DNA of 63,086 bases, the filler included, from Octopus bimaculoides (lineage: Eukaryota), in the NCBI RefSeq assembly GCF_001194135.2. It is 8 parts of 8 records of this genome, joined end to end, with 100 filler letters (N's around TTAATTAATTAA, not from the genome) between each part and the next. Parts side by side here need not be neighbours in the genome. Positions count along the whole stretch, not along the records: positions 23,424 to 41,205 come from NC_068991.1; 7 more parts are not named here. One strand, 5' to 3'. The translations under genes and the position numbers were made by a program. A model generated the notes under the pieces. The model worked only from the letters and a program-made list of their open reading frames with translations, searched no databases and had not been told where the DNA came from. Of this stretch, positions 26,139 through 38,020 are shown in pieces (position 1 is the stretch's first letter; every line of letters starts with the position of its first letter).

Positions 26139-26169
26139 GATGATTACAACTGTACCTTTGGTAAACTAG
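26139..26169 (+). CDS. Unnamed type-I membrane protein, coding exon A (DDYNCTFGKL), phase 0 to 1
   Basis: T-tract+TATTCCAG acceptor and GTAAGA donor at 26170. End phase matches exon B. Confidence 0.55.
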
Positions 26170-26404
26170 GTAAGATTTAATTCTTTTACTTTTGAATATC
26201 TTGCAGGAGGGATCTTTTATCTTTTAGTTATTGTTGTCATTTACTCTGTGGCCATGCTGGAGCACTGCCTTCAAGTATTTTAGTGAAATGATTTGACTCC
26301 AGTACTTATTTTTTTTTTAAATCTGTACTTATTCTATCAGTCTCTTTTTGGAGAACCACTAAGTTACAGGAATGTAAACATAGCAACACTGGTTGTCAAG
26401 TATT

Positions 26405-26730
26405 GGCAGACTCCGTCTCTTATGACGACAAGGGTTCCAGTTGATCCGGTAAATGGAATAGCTTGCTCGTGACATCAACATACAAGTGGCTGAGCACTCC
26501 ACAGACACGTGTACCCCTTCACATAGTTCTCAGAGAGATTCAGCATGACACAGAGTATGACAAAGCTGGCCCTTTGAAATCCAGGTCCTACTCATTTTTG
26601 CCAGCTGAGTGAACTGGAGCAATGTGAAATAAAGTGTCTCGTCCAAGGACACAACATACCACCAGGAATTGAACTCGTGACCCTATGGTCATGAGCCAAA
26701 TACCCTAACCACTAAGCTACATGCCTTCAC
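26405..26730 (-). mobile_element. tRNA-derived SINE, second head type with the family-A tail
   Basis: Head AGCTTAGTGGTTAGG...GAGTTCAATTCC...TTGTGTCCTTGG. The same head type occurs at 250-585 (minus) and 32985-33190 (plus). Confidence 0.75.
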
Positions 26731-26820
26731 GTTGTCAAGTACGGGGTGGGGATACAGACACAAATATATACTCTCAAAGATATATATATATATATATAAT
26801 GTGTCTACATTACCACCATG

Positions 26821-27212
26821 GAGGCGCAATGGCCCAGTGGTTAGGGCAGCAGACTCGCGGTCATAGGATCGCGGTTTCGATTCCCAGACCGGGCGCTGTG
26901 AGTGTTTATTGAGCGAAAACAGCTAAAGCTCCACGAGGCTCCGGCAGGGGATGGTGGCAAACCCTGCTGTACTCTTTCACCACAACTTTCTCTCACTCTT
27001 TCTTCTTGTTTCTGTTGTGCCTGTAATTCAAAGGGTCAGCCTTGTCATACTCTGTGTCACGCTGAATATCCCCGAGAACTACGTTAAGGGTACACATGTC
27101 TGTGGAGTGCTCAGCCACTTGCACATTAATTTCACGAGCAGGCTGTTCCATTGATCGGATCAACTGGAACCCTCAACATCGTAAGCGACGGAGTGCCAAC
27201 AACAACAACAAC
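26821..27212 (+). mobile_element. tRNA-derived SINE, family A (full length)
   Basis: Head with A box TGGCCCAGTGG and B-box-like GTTTCGATTCC, ending in a (CAA)n tail. Related copies at 6785-7088 (minus), 28876-29195 (minus) and tail-only 8912-9020. Confidence 0.85.
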
Positions 27213-27948
27213 ATTACCACCACCACCACGACCATCACTGTCCCCCCCCACCATTATCCTCATCGTATTGATATTCATCACCATCTTTGTTATTGTTATG
27301 GTCATTGTCATCATCGTCATCATCACTACCATCAAAGGCATGTGTTTTTCCAGCTAGTCCATGAGAATTTGCAAAGATAGTGGGCCTTAATCTTCTCTGT
27401 GTTAAATTCTCCTCTGCTACCACCACCACCACCACCCCTACCACTCCTACCACCACCACCACCACCAGCCACTGCTGCCACTACCATCATCTTCATCCTC
27501 ATCGCCATTTCAGTCAATCACATCATCTTCAACATTATCGTGTTGACTCATTCTCATTATCACCATCATCGTTACCCACCACCACCACCATCATCATCAT
27601 TATCACTTCACTATTGCTACTACTATTGTCATGTCATCATCATTATCATCATAACCAACACCAACATCACCACCATCGACATCATAATCACCATCAACAT
27701 CACCATTATCATAATGAGGCTTATCTAACAAAATTTTAATTTAGTTCTGATTAGATTATTTTTTTAAGAGTTTATACATAAACATACCCAACTTTAAATG
27801 GAACTGTACAAATTTAGCTGGTCTAAACTTCCTGATCAATTTGGAGAAAATATTTAACTCCCACACTTGAAAGGTAAAGAATACATGCTTTCTTCCTCAA
27901 AGAGAGGTGATATTTGGAATCTAAAAATGAATTTTCTCCCTTTTACAG

Positions 27949-28062
27949 AAAACGTCTATGCCCTTGCTGGCCAGTACAATTCCTTTCAAGACGGTCAGTT
28001 CTCAGAGAAGTTGAATGGCAACATGATTTGGAGCCAACTTAAATGGAAAGCACCATCACAGG
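27949..28062 (+). CDS. Membrane protein exon B (ENVYALAGQYNSFQDGQFSEKLNGNMIWSQLKWKAPSQ), phase 1 to 1
   Basis: TTTTCTCCCTTTTACAG acceptor and GTTAGT donor. Only the phase-1 frame is open. Confidence 0.7.
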
Positions 28063-28582
28063 GTTAGTAAAATTTTAACAATATTTTAATTATCTATATT
28101 ATTTACATTTGACGGATATTTGTCTTCATCTTCTTTGTTGTTAACACAACATTTCAGCTGTTATACTCTCCAGCCTTTTTCAGGTGTCCTAGGGTAATTT
28201 TGAACCTGGATTCCTAAGGTATTTTTCAATGTTATTATTATTATTATTCAAGTCACTGCCTGCAATCGAACTTGGAATCTTGGGGTTAGTAGCCTACCTA
28301 TAGTAGCAGTAGTCTTCTCTGAGGCAGGTCCTATGCATGTGAACCTGTCTCCAAGACTCTCTATATAACATGGGAGGGCTCATACCCTCCCCTTCTGTCA
28401 TTAAGTAGATTACAGGAACTTCGGTTGCTATGATTGGATGAATACTGGAGTGGTTTCCCATTGCTTTCTCCTGGCCAATGAAGTGGTCATGAGAAAATTT
28501 TGTGTAATTAATTAACAAATAATTACTTATCAGACTTACTACAAAGTACTTAGATAACAAACTGAATAATAAGTAACTTTAA

Positions 28583-28801
28583 CCCTTCAGCATTTAAACT
28601 GGCCATATTCAGCCAAAATATTTTACTTGCTTTATGTTCAAACCAGCCAGATCTGGCTTCTCACACATACCCTGCAATGTCATTAAAAAAATATGCAATC
28701 ACATCATCAAATCTCGAAGCAATGAGATATTGCAGGATTAATTCAAACCAGTGTGAATAAATAAGCATTACATTTGACAGAGTAATCTGAGTGCTAAAGG
28801 G
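28583..28801. mobile_element. TTAA-flanked MITE (piggyBac-like ends), family 1
   Basis: TTAA|CCCTT...AAAGGG|TTAA. Homologs at 30290-30509, 54558-54745 (truncated) and about 1330-1550 (degenerate). Confidence 0.8.
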
Positions 28802-29514
28802 TTAAATGTAATTTGAATGAATAATTGTTCAACTTCTAATTCCAGGGTTACCTGCCTTACATGACATATGATTTGTTGTTGGCACTCCGTCGCTTACGAC
28901 GTCAAGGGTTCCAGTTGATCCGATCAACGGAACAGCTTGCTCGTGAAATTAACGTGCAAGTGGCTGAGCACTCCACAGACACGTGTACCCTTAACGTAGT
29001 TCTTGGGGATATTCAGCATGACACAGTGTGACAAGGCTGGCCCTTTGAATTACAGGCACAACGGAAACAGGAAGTAATAGTGAGAGAAAGTTGTGGTGAA
29101 AGAGTACAGCAGGGTTCACCACCATCCCCTGCCGGGATGGTGGCGATCCTTTGACCGCGAATCCGCTGCTCTAACCACTGGGCCATTGCGCTTCCACTCA
29201 TGACATATGATATATATGAGATAAATGTATTTTTATCCCCAAAAATGTAGATACACATTGAATGATTATAAAGTTAGTGTTTATTATAACACATTTTCAT
29301 TGTCAGAATTTACTTTTTTATGAATGTCTGTTTTCTAACTAATTACTGCTCTGGTTCAAGCATTGTCAATAATGGTTTCAAATTCTGGCAAATTCAGGGG
29401 ATGGGGTAAGTTGATTACATTGACCCCAATGCTCAACTAGTACTTATTTTATTGACCCTGAAAGGATGAAAGACAATGTTGATCTAAGTGGAATTTGAAC
29501 TCAGAATGTAAAAA

Positions 29515-29822
29515 CTTTTGAGCGAGATCGTTGCCAGTGCCGCTGGACTGGCTCCTGTGCAGGTGGCATGTAAAATACACTATTTTGAGTGTGGCTGTTG
29601 CCAGTACCGTCTGACTGGCCTTTGTGCCGGTGGCACGTAAAAGCACCCACTGCATTCTCAGAATGGTCGGCGTTATGAAGGACATCCAGCTGTAGAAACT
29701 CTGCCAAATCAGATTGGAGCCTGGTGTAGCTATCTGGTTTCACCAGGCCTCAGTCAAATCGTCCAACCCATGCTAGCATGGAAAGCGGACGTTAAACGAT
29801 GATGATAATGATGATGATGAAT
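29515..29822 (+). mobile_element. RTE 3' UTR/tail copy
   Basis: Ends CATGCTAGCATGGAAAGCGGACGTTAAACGATGAT. Confidence 0.85.
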
Positions 29823-30289
29823 GCAAAGATGGAGAAAACGCTTCTAAGCACTTTGTCTGGCATACTAATGGTGGTTTATCAAGCAGTTTAATTTAAATGT
29901 AACTTCATTCCTCCAAACGATCTTTGTTGGAAAGTGCGTCTTCTACACATCTTGCAAAACTCCACTCTTCTGTCCAGATAATCTTCATAGAGAGCATGGA
30001 TATTGAATGTAACTTTTCCAATGACTACACTTCAAAATGTGATGGATGCTTATTTCTGAAATTCCTATCAAATAATTCATTTGTTACAGATTTTCTTGAA
30101 CTCTGGCAATATGTTTCTAGTACCCTTTCTTGCTTTGTGGGGCTTGTTGATGTCTGTGGTCTTGTGAAACATTTTTTATGGGTATTCTGAAGAGTTCCTG
30201 CTGCTTCATATCTATCGCTATTTCAAGTGATGGCAAACCATACTGACGGATTTGCTTGAAACTCCCTCCTAAACTGCCTTAGCATTTAA

Positions 30290-30509
30290 CCCTTTAGTGT
30301 TTAAACCGGCTATATCCGGCCCAAATATTCTCCTCATTTTATGCTCAAACTGGCCAGAACCAGCATCTCACACCTACCCTGCAATGTCGTTCTAAAAATA
30401 AACAATTACATCTTTCAACTCTTGAAGCTACAAGATAATACCAGATTAATTTTTTTAAATGTAAATGAATAAGGATTACTTTTGACATATTAATTTGAAC
30501 ACTAAAGGG
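30290..30509. mobile_element. TTAA-flanked MITE, family 1
   Basis: TTAA|CCCTTTAG...CTAAAGGG|TTAA; body aligns with the 28583 copy. Confidence 0.8.
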
Positions 30510-31261
30510 TTAAACTGCATTTTCAAACTTCTAATTGGACTTTAGGACAAATTTCTTTCGAATACAGTTTAGCCTGGCTCCTTTCACCATTTCTAATGTG
30601 TAAATTCTAGAAAAAATTGAAAATCGAGCAAGTTATCAACTGATGCATTGTGGATACATTTTGTTGCGGACAACTCTTATTATTGTTGTACAGTCATAAA
30701 AAGACAATGTCTAGATTCGTAATCTGTATCTTAATCTTCTCATGGCAAAGAAAAAATTTGAACTTGCGTAAATACATTGAAATATCGTTGTTATTCGGGA
30801 GTGTGTGACTGGCTTTTTTTTTTTTCTTTTCCCTTCTAAATAAGTTTGAATGTAGCTCAAAGAAACAAAAGCAAAAGGTTTATACATTTATGTCCTACTT
30901 GAGATTTCAGAACCACCTACTGAAATTGCATACAATATATTTGTATGAATGCATTTAAGATAACTTCAAACATAACTTTTACCTTTCATTTTCACCTTTT
31001 TGTAAACATACATTTTCCTTTCACTTTTTCACTTTTTTCTAATATTTTTCTTTCTTTTTGCTTTTCATTTTTTCGCTTTTCTTTACTTTTCTTTCCCTTT
31101 CTTTTACTACCCCCACCTTTTAATTGAATTATACATTAATTGAGGTGGAATGACTCATAACCTATTCAACCATAACAGACTCTTTAATGTTTTATCTTTT
31201 TACAAAAAGTTTTTTTAAATCACTCGTTTGAAGGTGTCACTCATGCAAAGACATCCTAACC

Positions 31262-32442
31262 CAGTGGTTCTCAACCAGGTTGCATATAAGACTAAAAATC
31301 CTCAAGGTCGTACTCCAGCATGGTCACGGTCTAGTGACTGAAACAAGTAAAAATAAAAGATAAAACATAAGAAATTGGTTGTACTTCTACAAAGCACAAA
31401 ATATTTTAGCATGGGTAATCATGTATCTCCTTTACAGCAACACACCTATTTCTGTCTCTCTGTCTCGTTCTAACCTTTCACCACTTGGCCCCAAGGTCAC
31501 CTCCTCCAATTCCCCCTCCACTCTCAAAGATTCTTTGTCTTGCAAGTTACCTGAAGACCCTGCCAGTGCTCGGCAAGTAAAAAGTGGCTAGTGTTTGGAA
31601 GGGCATCCAGTTGTAAAAACTATACCAAAACTGACCTCGTCTGTGCTGGTGCCATGTAAAAATCACTCAGTTCCCTCTGTGGGGTCATTGGTGTTAGGAA
31701 GGGCACCTAGCCATAAAAAGCCATGCCAAAACAGACATTGTCTTCGACCTGGCCACCTCCTGTCAAACCATCCATGCCAGCATGGAAAACGGACATTAAA
31801 TGATGATGATGAGGAGGAGGATGATGATCAAGATGATGATGATGAGGAGGATGATCAAGATGATGATGATGATAATGATGATGAATTTCTAATAATCATC
31901 ATCATTATCATCATCATCGTTTAACGTCCGCTTTCCATGCTAGTATGGGTTGGACGATTTGACTGAGGACTGGTGAACCAGATGGCTACACCAGGCTCCA
32001 ATCTGATTTGGCAGAGTTTCTACAGCTGGATGCCCTTCCTAACGCCAACCACTCTGAGAGTGTAGTGGGTGCTGTTACATGCCACCGGCACAGAGGCCAG
32101 TCAGGAGGTACTGGCAACGGCCACGCTCAAAATGGTGTATTTTACGTGCACAGGAGCCAGTCCAGCGGCACTGGCAACGAACTTGCTCGAATGTCTTTTC
32201 ACGTGCCACTGGCACAAGTGCTAGGAAGGCGACGTTGGTAACAATCACACTCAAATGGTGCTATTTACGTGCCACCAGCACGGAAGCCAGACAGCTGGTG
32301 CTCTGGCAACGATCACGCTCGGACGGTGCTCTTAGTGAAAAAAATGCAAGATTTTTTTAAACGTCAAAATGGTTAGGAGAGTCCATCTGAGTAAAATAGG
32401 AATGAAAAGGATCCATAGGTAAAAAATGGTTGGGAAACACTG
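31262..32442. mobile_element. hAT/Charlie-like MITE shell containing nested insertions
   Basis: Ends CAGTGGTTCTCAACC and GGTTGGGAAACACTG. The 8-bp flanks TCCTAACC/TCCTGGAC match at 5 of 8 positions. Confidence 0.6.
31555..32340. mobile_element. Two RTE 3' ends tail-to-tail (31555-31880 plus; 31905-32340 minus)
   Basis: Each carries the CATGGAAA..CGGAC.TTAAA.GATGAT terminus, and the two face each other. Confidence 0.8.
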
Positions 32443-34082
32443 TCCTGGACAGCATTCGGAGTAAGGTTGTCTGCATAAAAAGCAGATGAAAAATGATGAT
32501 CATCATCATGATCATGATCATCATGTTTTCAGTTTCTTTATATCTGACGATCATGAGGTAGAGAGGCATGCCCTCAAGTGGCTATGTAAACTGATCCTTC
32601 ACTGCAGAGCTTTTCTTCTTGCCTGCACTTTGTGGTTTCGAAGTGAGAGTCAGTCTACACCATCCAGTCCTACTCTTTAGACATGAAGATCTGAATACAT
32701 TGGCTCAGCAAACCAAGACAACTGTGGTGAACTGCGAGCTGTACATTTCACAGTTTTACGTTGGAGTGACCTTCCCTTTGGTGAATTGCCTTACTGGACT
32801 GGCAAGCTTCACCTCCCTCCTGGAGTTGCTGGATGGGCGTCAAAAAGAACACCAAATTGCCTGAGGGACTCTATCTTTTGATTTGCTATTTAGGTTGACT
32901 CCCGTAGTCTTTTACTTTCCCAAGTTGCTCACAAGGCAGTGAAGGTTTGTGCTTGGATTTTCTTCCATAGCATGCTGATTAACTCAGAGGAAGTGCATGG
33001 CTTAGTGGTTATTGGTGTTGGACTCATGATTGTAAGATTGTGGTTTCGATTCCTAGACCGGGCGACGCGTTGTGTCCTTGAACAAAACACTTCATTTCAT
33101 GTTGCTCCAGTCCACTCAGCTGGCAAAAATGAGTTATCTTGTGATGGACTGGTCTCCCATCCAGGTGGGGAATATGTCCACATGACTCAAGAAGGTTTCT
33201 TTTTTAATTAACCCAGAGCAGGGACCCTGAAAGATAGCACTTCTCCAGGTCAGAGAAGACCTGGGAACAATGATGGTGAAGAGGTGGGTCCATACTCCTC
33301 AAAATCCTGGAAATCCCAATCAAGGGCCACACTTCTGGATTATGTGTGTGTGTGTGTGTGTATACAGGTGCTGGCATGTCAGTTTGGTTAAGAAATTTGC
33401 TTCCCAACTGATGTGATACCTTGGGCAAGTGTCTTCTATCTTCTACTAAAACTGCTGATAAAACAAAACCTTGAGTTGATTTGATTGACAGAAATTGAAA
33501 GGAGGCCATTCTATGTATGTGTGTATGTGTGTGAGAGAGAGAGAGAGTATGCGTGTGTGTTATTTCTTTACTACCCACAAGGGGCTACACACGGGGGACA
33601 AACAAGGACAGACAAATGGATTAAGTCGATTATATCAACCCCAGTGCGTAACTGGTACTTAATTTATCGACCCCGAAAAGATGAAAGGCTAAGTCGACCA
33701 CGGCGGAATTTGAACTCAGAACGTAGTGGCGGACGAAATACTGTTAAGCATTTCACCCGGCGTGCTAACGTTTCTGCCAGCTCGCTGCCTTTTAAGAGTA
33801 TGCATGTGTGTGTGCATGTATATACATATGTGTGTGTGTGTTATTGTGTATGTGTGTTTGTGTTACCTTGTCTTAACATCGCACAATAGTAGTAAACGAA
33901 TATCACCTTCATACAAGTGATATTGTTCGATTCCAATCTTCTGTGAGAACATGTCTAACCATAAAGAAAGAAAAAAACATCTTGCTTGAAAACAGGTGAG
34001 GTTTGCCAGCAGGAAGAGCACCTCACCGAAGAAAATTTGCCTCATTTTTCCATGCATTCATGGAAAAGTAGACTTTAAAACT

Positions 34083-34119
<37 letters not shown>

Positions 34120-34194
34120 GATAGACTACATAACTTTAAACCATCACTCACCTACTCTTTTTTTTTTCTGTTTTTTTCTTTTCTTTGTCCACAG

Positions 34195-34295
34195 AGAAAG
34201 TCCAAGGCTTCTTAATAATTCTTGTGAACAGCACCTGGAACGAATATTTCGTTTTTAACTTGACTCAAGATGAATTTCTCCAGGATAATTCTGAG
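34195..34295 (+). CDS. Membrane protein exon C (EKVQGFLIILVNSTWNEYFVFNLTQDEFLQDNSE), phase 1 to 0
   Basis: Very strong pyrimidine tract+CACAG acceptor and GTATGT donor. One open frame; NST and NLT sequons. Confidence 0.75.
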
Positions 34296-35028
34296 GTATG
34301 TTTTCTTGTAGAATTCCTTATTTTATCAATATTCTTATGATGTTTTTTAATTAATTAATTTTTTTTNNNNNNNNNNNNNNNNNNNNNNNNNNNNNNNNNN
34401 NNNNNNNNNNNNNNNNNNNNNNNNNNNNNNNNNNNNNNNNNNNNNNNNNNNNNNNNNNNNNNNNNNNNNNNNNNNNNNNNNNNNNNNNNNNNNNNNNNNN
34501 NNNNNNNNNNNNNNNNNNNNNNNNNNNNNNNNNNNNNNNNNNNNNNNNNNNNNNNNNNNNNNNNNNNNNNNNNNNNNNNNNNNNNNNNNNNNNNNNNNNN
34601 NNNNNNNNNNNNNNNNNNNNNNNNNNNNNNNNNNNNNNNNNNNNNNNNNNNNNNNNNNNNNNNNNNNNNNNNNNNNNNNNNNNNNNNNNNNNNNNNNNNN
34701 NNNNNNNNNNNNNNNNNNNNNNNNNNNNNNNNNNNNNNNNNNNNNNNNNNNNNNNNNNNNNNNNNNNNNNNNNNNNNNNNNNNNNNNNNNNNNNNNNNNN
34801 NNNNNNNNNNNNNNNNNNNNNNNNNNNNNNNNNNNNNNNNNNNNNNNNNNNNNNNNNNNNNNNNNNNNNNNNNNNNNNNNNNNNNNNNNNNNNNNNNNNN
34901 NNNNNNNNNNNNNNNNNNNNNNNNNNNNNNNNNNNNNNNNNNNNNNNNNNNNNNNNNNNNNNNNNNNNNNNNNNNNNNNNNNNNNNNNNNNNNNNNNNNN
35001 NNNNNNNNNNNNNNNNNNNNNNNNNNNG

Positions 35029-35107
35029 GAGATAAGAGATTTCTCTGAGCTCACGTTAAGCAAGAAGCTGAAAATTTTTTTGGCCCATGACACTGCATGG
35101 ACTCTAA
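35029..35107 (+). CDS. Membrane protein exon D (EIRDFSELTLSKKLKIFLAHDTAWTL), phase 0 to 1
   Basis: Open frame beginning at the gap edge, so only the G of the acceptor AG is visible. GTAGGG donor. Its phases bridge exons C and E exactly. Confidence 0.5.
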
Positions 35108-35994
35108 GTAGGGAATGCAATTCGAATTTATATCAGAAATGCTAATATTATTGTTATTATCGTTCAAAGAATAGTTAGTGTTAATAATATCAATGTTATT
35201 ATTTTCATTAAGTGGATTTGTATCTAACAACTTAGTGTTATGTGAAGAGATGATTTGTGAAAGGTTTTTGGTGTTTGAAAACCCTATTCTAATTCGGTCT
35301 GAATTGATAATGGAATGGTGTCTTAAATTTTTGGAAAAGTCTTATCTATAGCTTCACGAAACTGGTAAGGAAGGTTGGATTTGATCTGCTTACCATATAG
35401 AATTATCAACGAAACAGCTTTACTAGGACATACCTTATTATTAGGGTAATTATCTTAAAAAAATCTTAGATTTACCCTCATAATGTAAAGTGTCTTAAAG
35501 AACGGTTATCTCCCTTACACTGTAAAACTAAATCAAAATGTGTTGTTGAGGCCAATGACTATTTTCTTGAATAAAATTGCTCTTTAGTATTTCAAGATAT
35601 TTTTATGTAATTTTGGTAAATATTTGTTAAAATAAGATGTCAGTGTAATTTTCATTTTTGCATAATTTAGACAATTTATTTGCCACATCCTGTACCCTTA
35701 TGAAGAGTCGGTCCCAAGGCTATTTATATATATATATATATATTTCCTGCACCTTGATTGAACATCAGCAAAATTTGTCCGTGACTCTTACANNNNNNNN
35801 NNNNNNNNNNNNNNNNNNNNNNNNNNNNNNNNNNNNNNNNNNNNNNNNNNNNNNNNNNNNNNNNNNNNNNNNNNNNNNNNNNNNNNNNNNNNATGTAAAT
35901 AATTCCTCATCTCTTAAATATAGAACTGTACCTTATTTTGTATTATTCATGTATTTTCTTGCTTTATTTTTCTTCTTGTCCTCCAATGTTTTAG

Positions 35995-36111
35995 CATTCA
36001 CAAATAATGTGAATTTACCAAAAAACAAGGAGGCTTCTTATGATTGGATGATTATTTTGGGAGGAGTCCTTCTCATTATCCTGATCCTTGTTTTACTGGT
36101 TGTCATAAGAT
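35995..36111 (+). CDS. Membrane protein exon E with TM helix (TFTNNVNLPKNKEASYDWMIILGGVLLIILILVLLVVIR), phase 1 to 1
   Basis: Pyrimidine tract+TTTTAG acceptor and canonical GTAAGT donor. Encodes a 21-aa hydrophobic helix followed by Arg. Confidence 0.8.
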
Positions 36112-36292
36112 GTAAGTAAAAACCCATTTTATTGATACAGTTTGCTACAAAATCCTGATAATATATCTTTTATCTTCATCTTTTAATCATTTCACCCATT
36201 GAACTGTAAATCGCTGGCCTTGTACCAACATTTGAAATCAGTATTTAGCACTCATGTTATTTAAATATCTTCAAAACCATGCCAAGGATACA

Positions 36293-37257
36293 CAGGGTGT
36301 CCAGAAAGTTTGGGTACATGGAGTAAATAAAATCATAACATAAACAATTAAATATAAGAAATAATAATTTCTTAAAGTATGTGTTAATCCCCATGTGGGT
36401 ACATGGAGTAAATAAAATCATAACATAAACAATTAAATATAAGAAATAATTTCTTAAAGTATGTGTTAATCCCCGTGTAGGTACATGGAGTAAATAAAAT
36501 CATAACATAAACAATTAAATATAAGAAATAACAGTTTCTTAAAGTATGTGTTAATCCCCATGTGGGTACATGGAGTAAATAAAATCATAACATAAACAAT
36601 TAAATANNNNNNNNNNNNNNNNNNNNNNNNNNNNNNNNNNNNNNNNNNNNNNNNNNNNNNNNNNNNNNNNNNNNNNNNNNNNNNNNNNNNNNNNNNNNNN
36701 NNNNNNNNNNNNNNNNNNNNNNNNNNNNNNNNNNNNNNNNNNNNNNNNNNNNNNNNNNNNNNNNNNNNNNNNNNNNNNNNNNNNNNNNNNNNNNNNNNNN
36801 NNNNNNNNNNNNNNNNNNNNNNNNNNNNNNNNNNNNNNNNNNNNNNNNNNNNNNNNNNNNNNNNNNNNNNNNNNNNNNNNNNNNNNNNNNNNNNNNNNNN
36901 NNNNNNNNNNNNNNNNNNNNNNNNNNNNNNNNNNNNNNNNNNNNNNNNNNNNNNNNNNNNNNNNNNNNNNNNNNNNNNNNNNNNNNNNNNNNNNNNNNNN
37001 NNNNNNNNNNNNNNNNNNNNNNNNNNNNNNNNNNNNNNNNNNNNNNNNNNNNNNNNNNNNNNNNNNNNNNNNNNNNNNNNNNNNNNNNNNNNNNNNNNNN
37101 NNNNNNNNNNNNNNNNNNNNNNNNNNNNNNNNNNNNNNNNNNNNNNNNTGGGTACATGGAGTAAATAAAATCATAACATAAACAATTAAATATAAGAAAT
37201 AATAATTTCTTAAAGTATGTGTTAAACCCCATGTACCCAGATTTTGTGGACACCCTG
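36293..37257. repeat. Tc1/mariner-like MITE with an internal 82-85 bp tandem array
   Basis: TIRs CAGGGTGTCCAGAAAGTTTGGGTACATGG / CCATGTACCCAGATTTTGTGGACACCCTG|TA. Monomers start at 36312, 36397, 36479, 36564 and 37150, with a gap in between. Confidence 0.85.
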
Positions 37258-37534
37258 TAGAATAAAATATTTCCTCAAATTATGAAAATGTAACACTGGT
37301 GGTGCAGATGGTAGTTGTGTGAAGTTTGTGATGAACCACCAGGGATATATGTGGTGGTTAGCATTTAAAAAACAGTGGATTAGCAGAATACAGAGCAGTG
37401 GGTAGAACATCTCATTGTATTTATTCTAACTCTCTGCATCCCAAGTTATATTTCCACCATGGTCAGCATTGCCTTTCACCTTCAGTGGTTGATGAAAAAA
37501 AGGTACCAATACAAGCTGGTACTTACTTACTTAA

Positions 37535-38020
37535 CCCTTTTGTTACCATATTTCTGTTGAGATACTCTTTTACTCATTTGTGTTTCTTTCAATTAATTTT
37601 AAATATAACAAAGAATTTAGTAAAATAACTTACTTATCATTAAGCTAGTGTTAGGAACATAAATTGTGACTAAGGTTTGGTGGAAAATTTTAATTCAGAA
37701 CTAATGAAAACAGGACATTTGTTCTACAGAGCCAGAGGCAGTTTCAGCTGGGTTGATATCAAAAAGGTTAAGAATTGTTTCTCTATTACATATTTTAACC
37801 CTTTCGTCACCTTATTTCTGTTGAGATGTTCTGTGTTTCTTTCAATTAATTTTAAATATAACAAAGAATTTAGTAAAACAACTTAGTTATCATTAAGCTA
37901 GTGTTAGGAACATAAATTGTGACTAAGGTTTGGTGGAAAACTTCAATTCAGAATTTTTGAAAATAAAACATTTGTATTACAGAGCCAGAGGTAGTTTCAG
38001 GAAGGTTGGTATCAAAAGGG
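37535..38020. mobile_element. Two adjacent TTAA-flanked MITEs, family 2 (37535-37767, 37799-38020)
   Basis: Each starts TTAA|CCCTTT and ends AAAAGG(G)|T(T/C)AA. The bodies are highly similar to each other. Confidence 0.8.

Noticed and set aside
26208-26285. Hydrophobic GIFYLLVIVVIYSVAML as the missing signal peptide exon
   Set aside because: It overlaps repeat family D, the upstream intron would be under 50 nt, and there is no donor before the stop.
26821-26895. tRNA-like sequences (also 7020-7088 and 13460-13505) as tRNA genes
   Set aside because: The first two continue into SINE bodies without a proper acceptor stem or terminator. The third is only a 3' half next to an LTR.
27096-27739. 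Poly-His/Thr/Ile/Val ORFs (also 41688-42837, 56950-57523, 59217-59400)
   Set aside because: Translations of microsatellites, open in several frames on both strands.
36312-36606. CRISPR-like array
   Set aside because: Units are near-identical throughout with no unique spacers; it is a tandem repeat in eukaryotic DNA.
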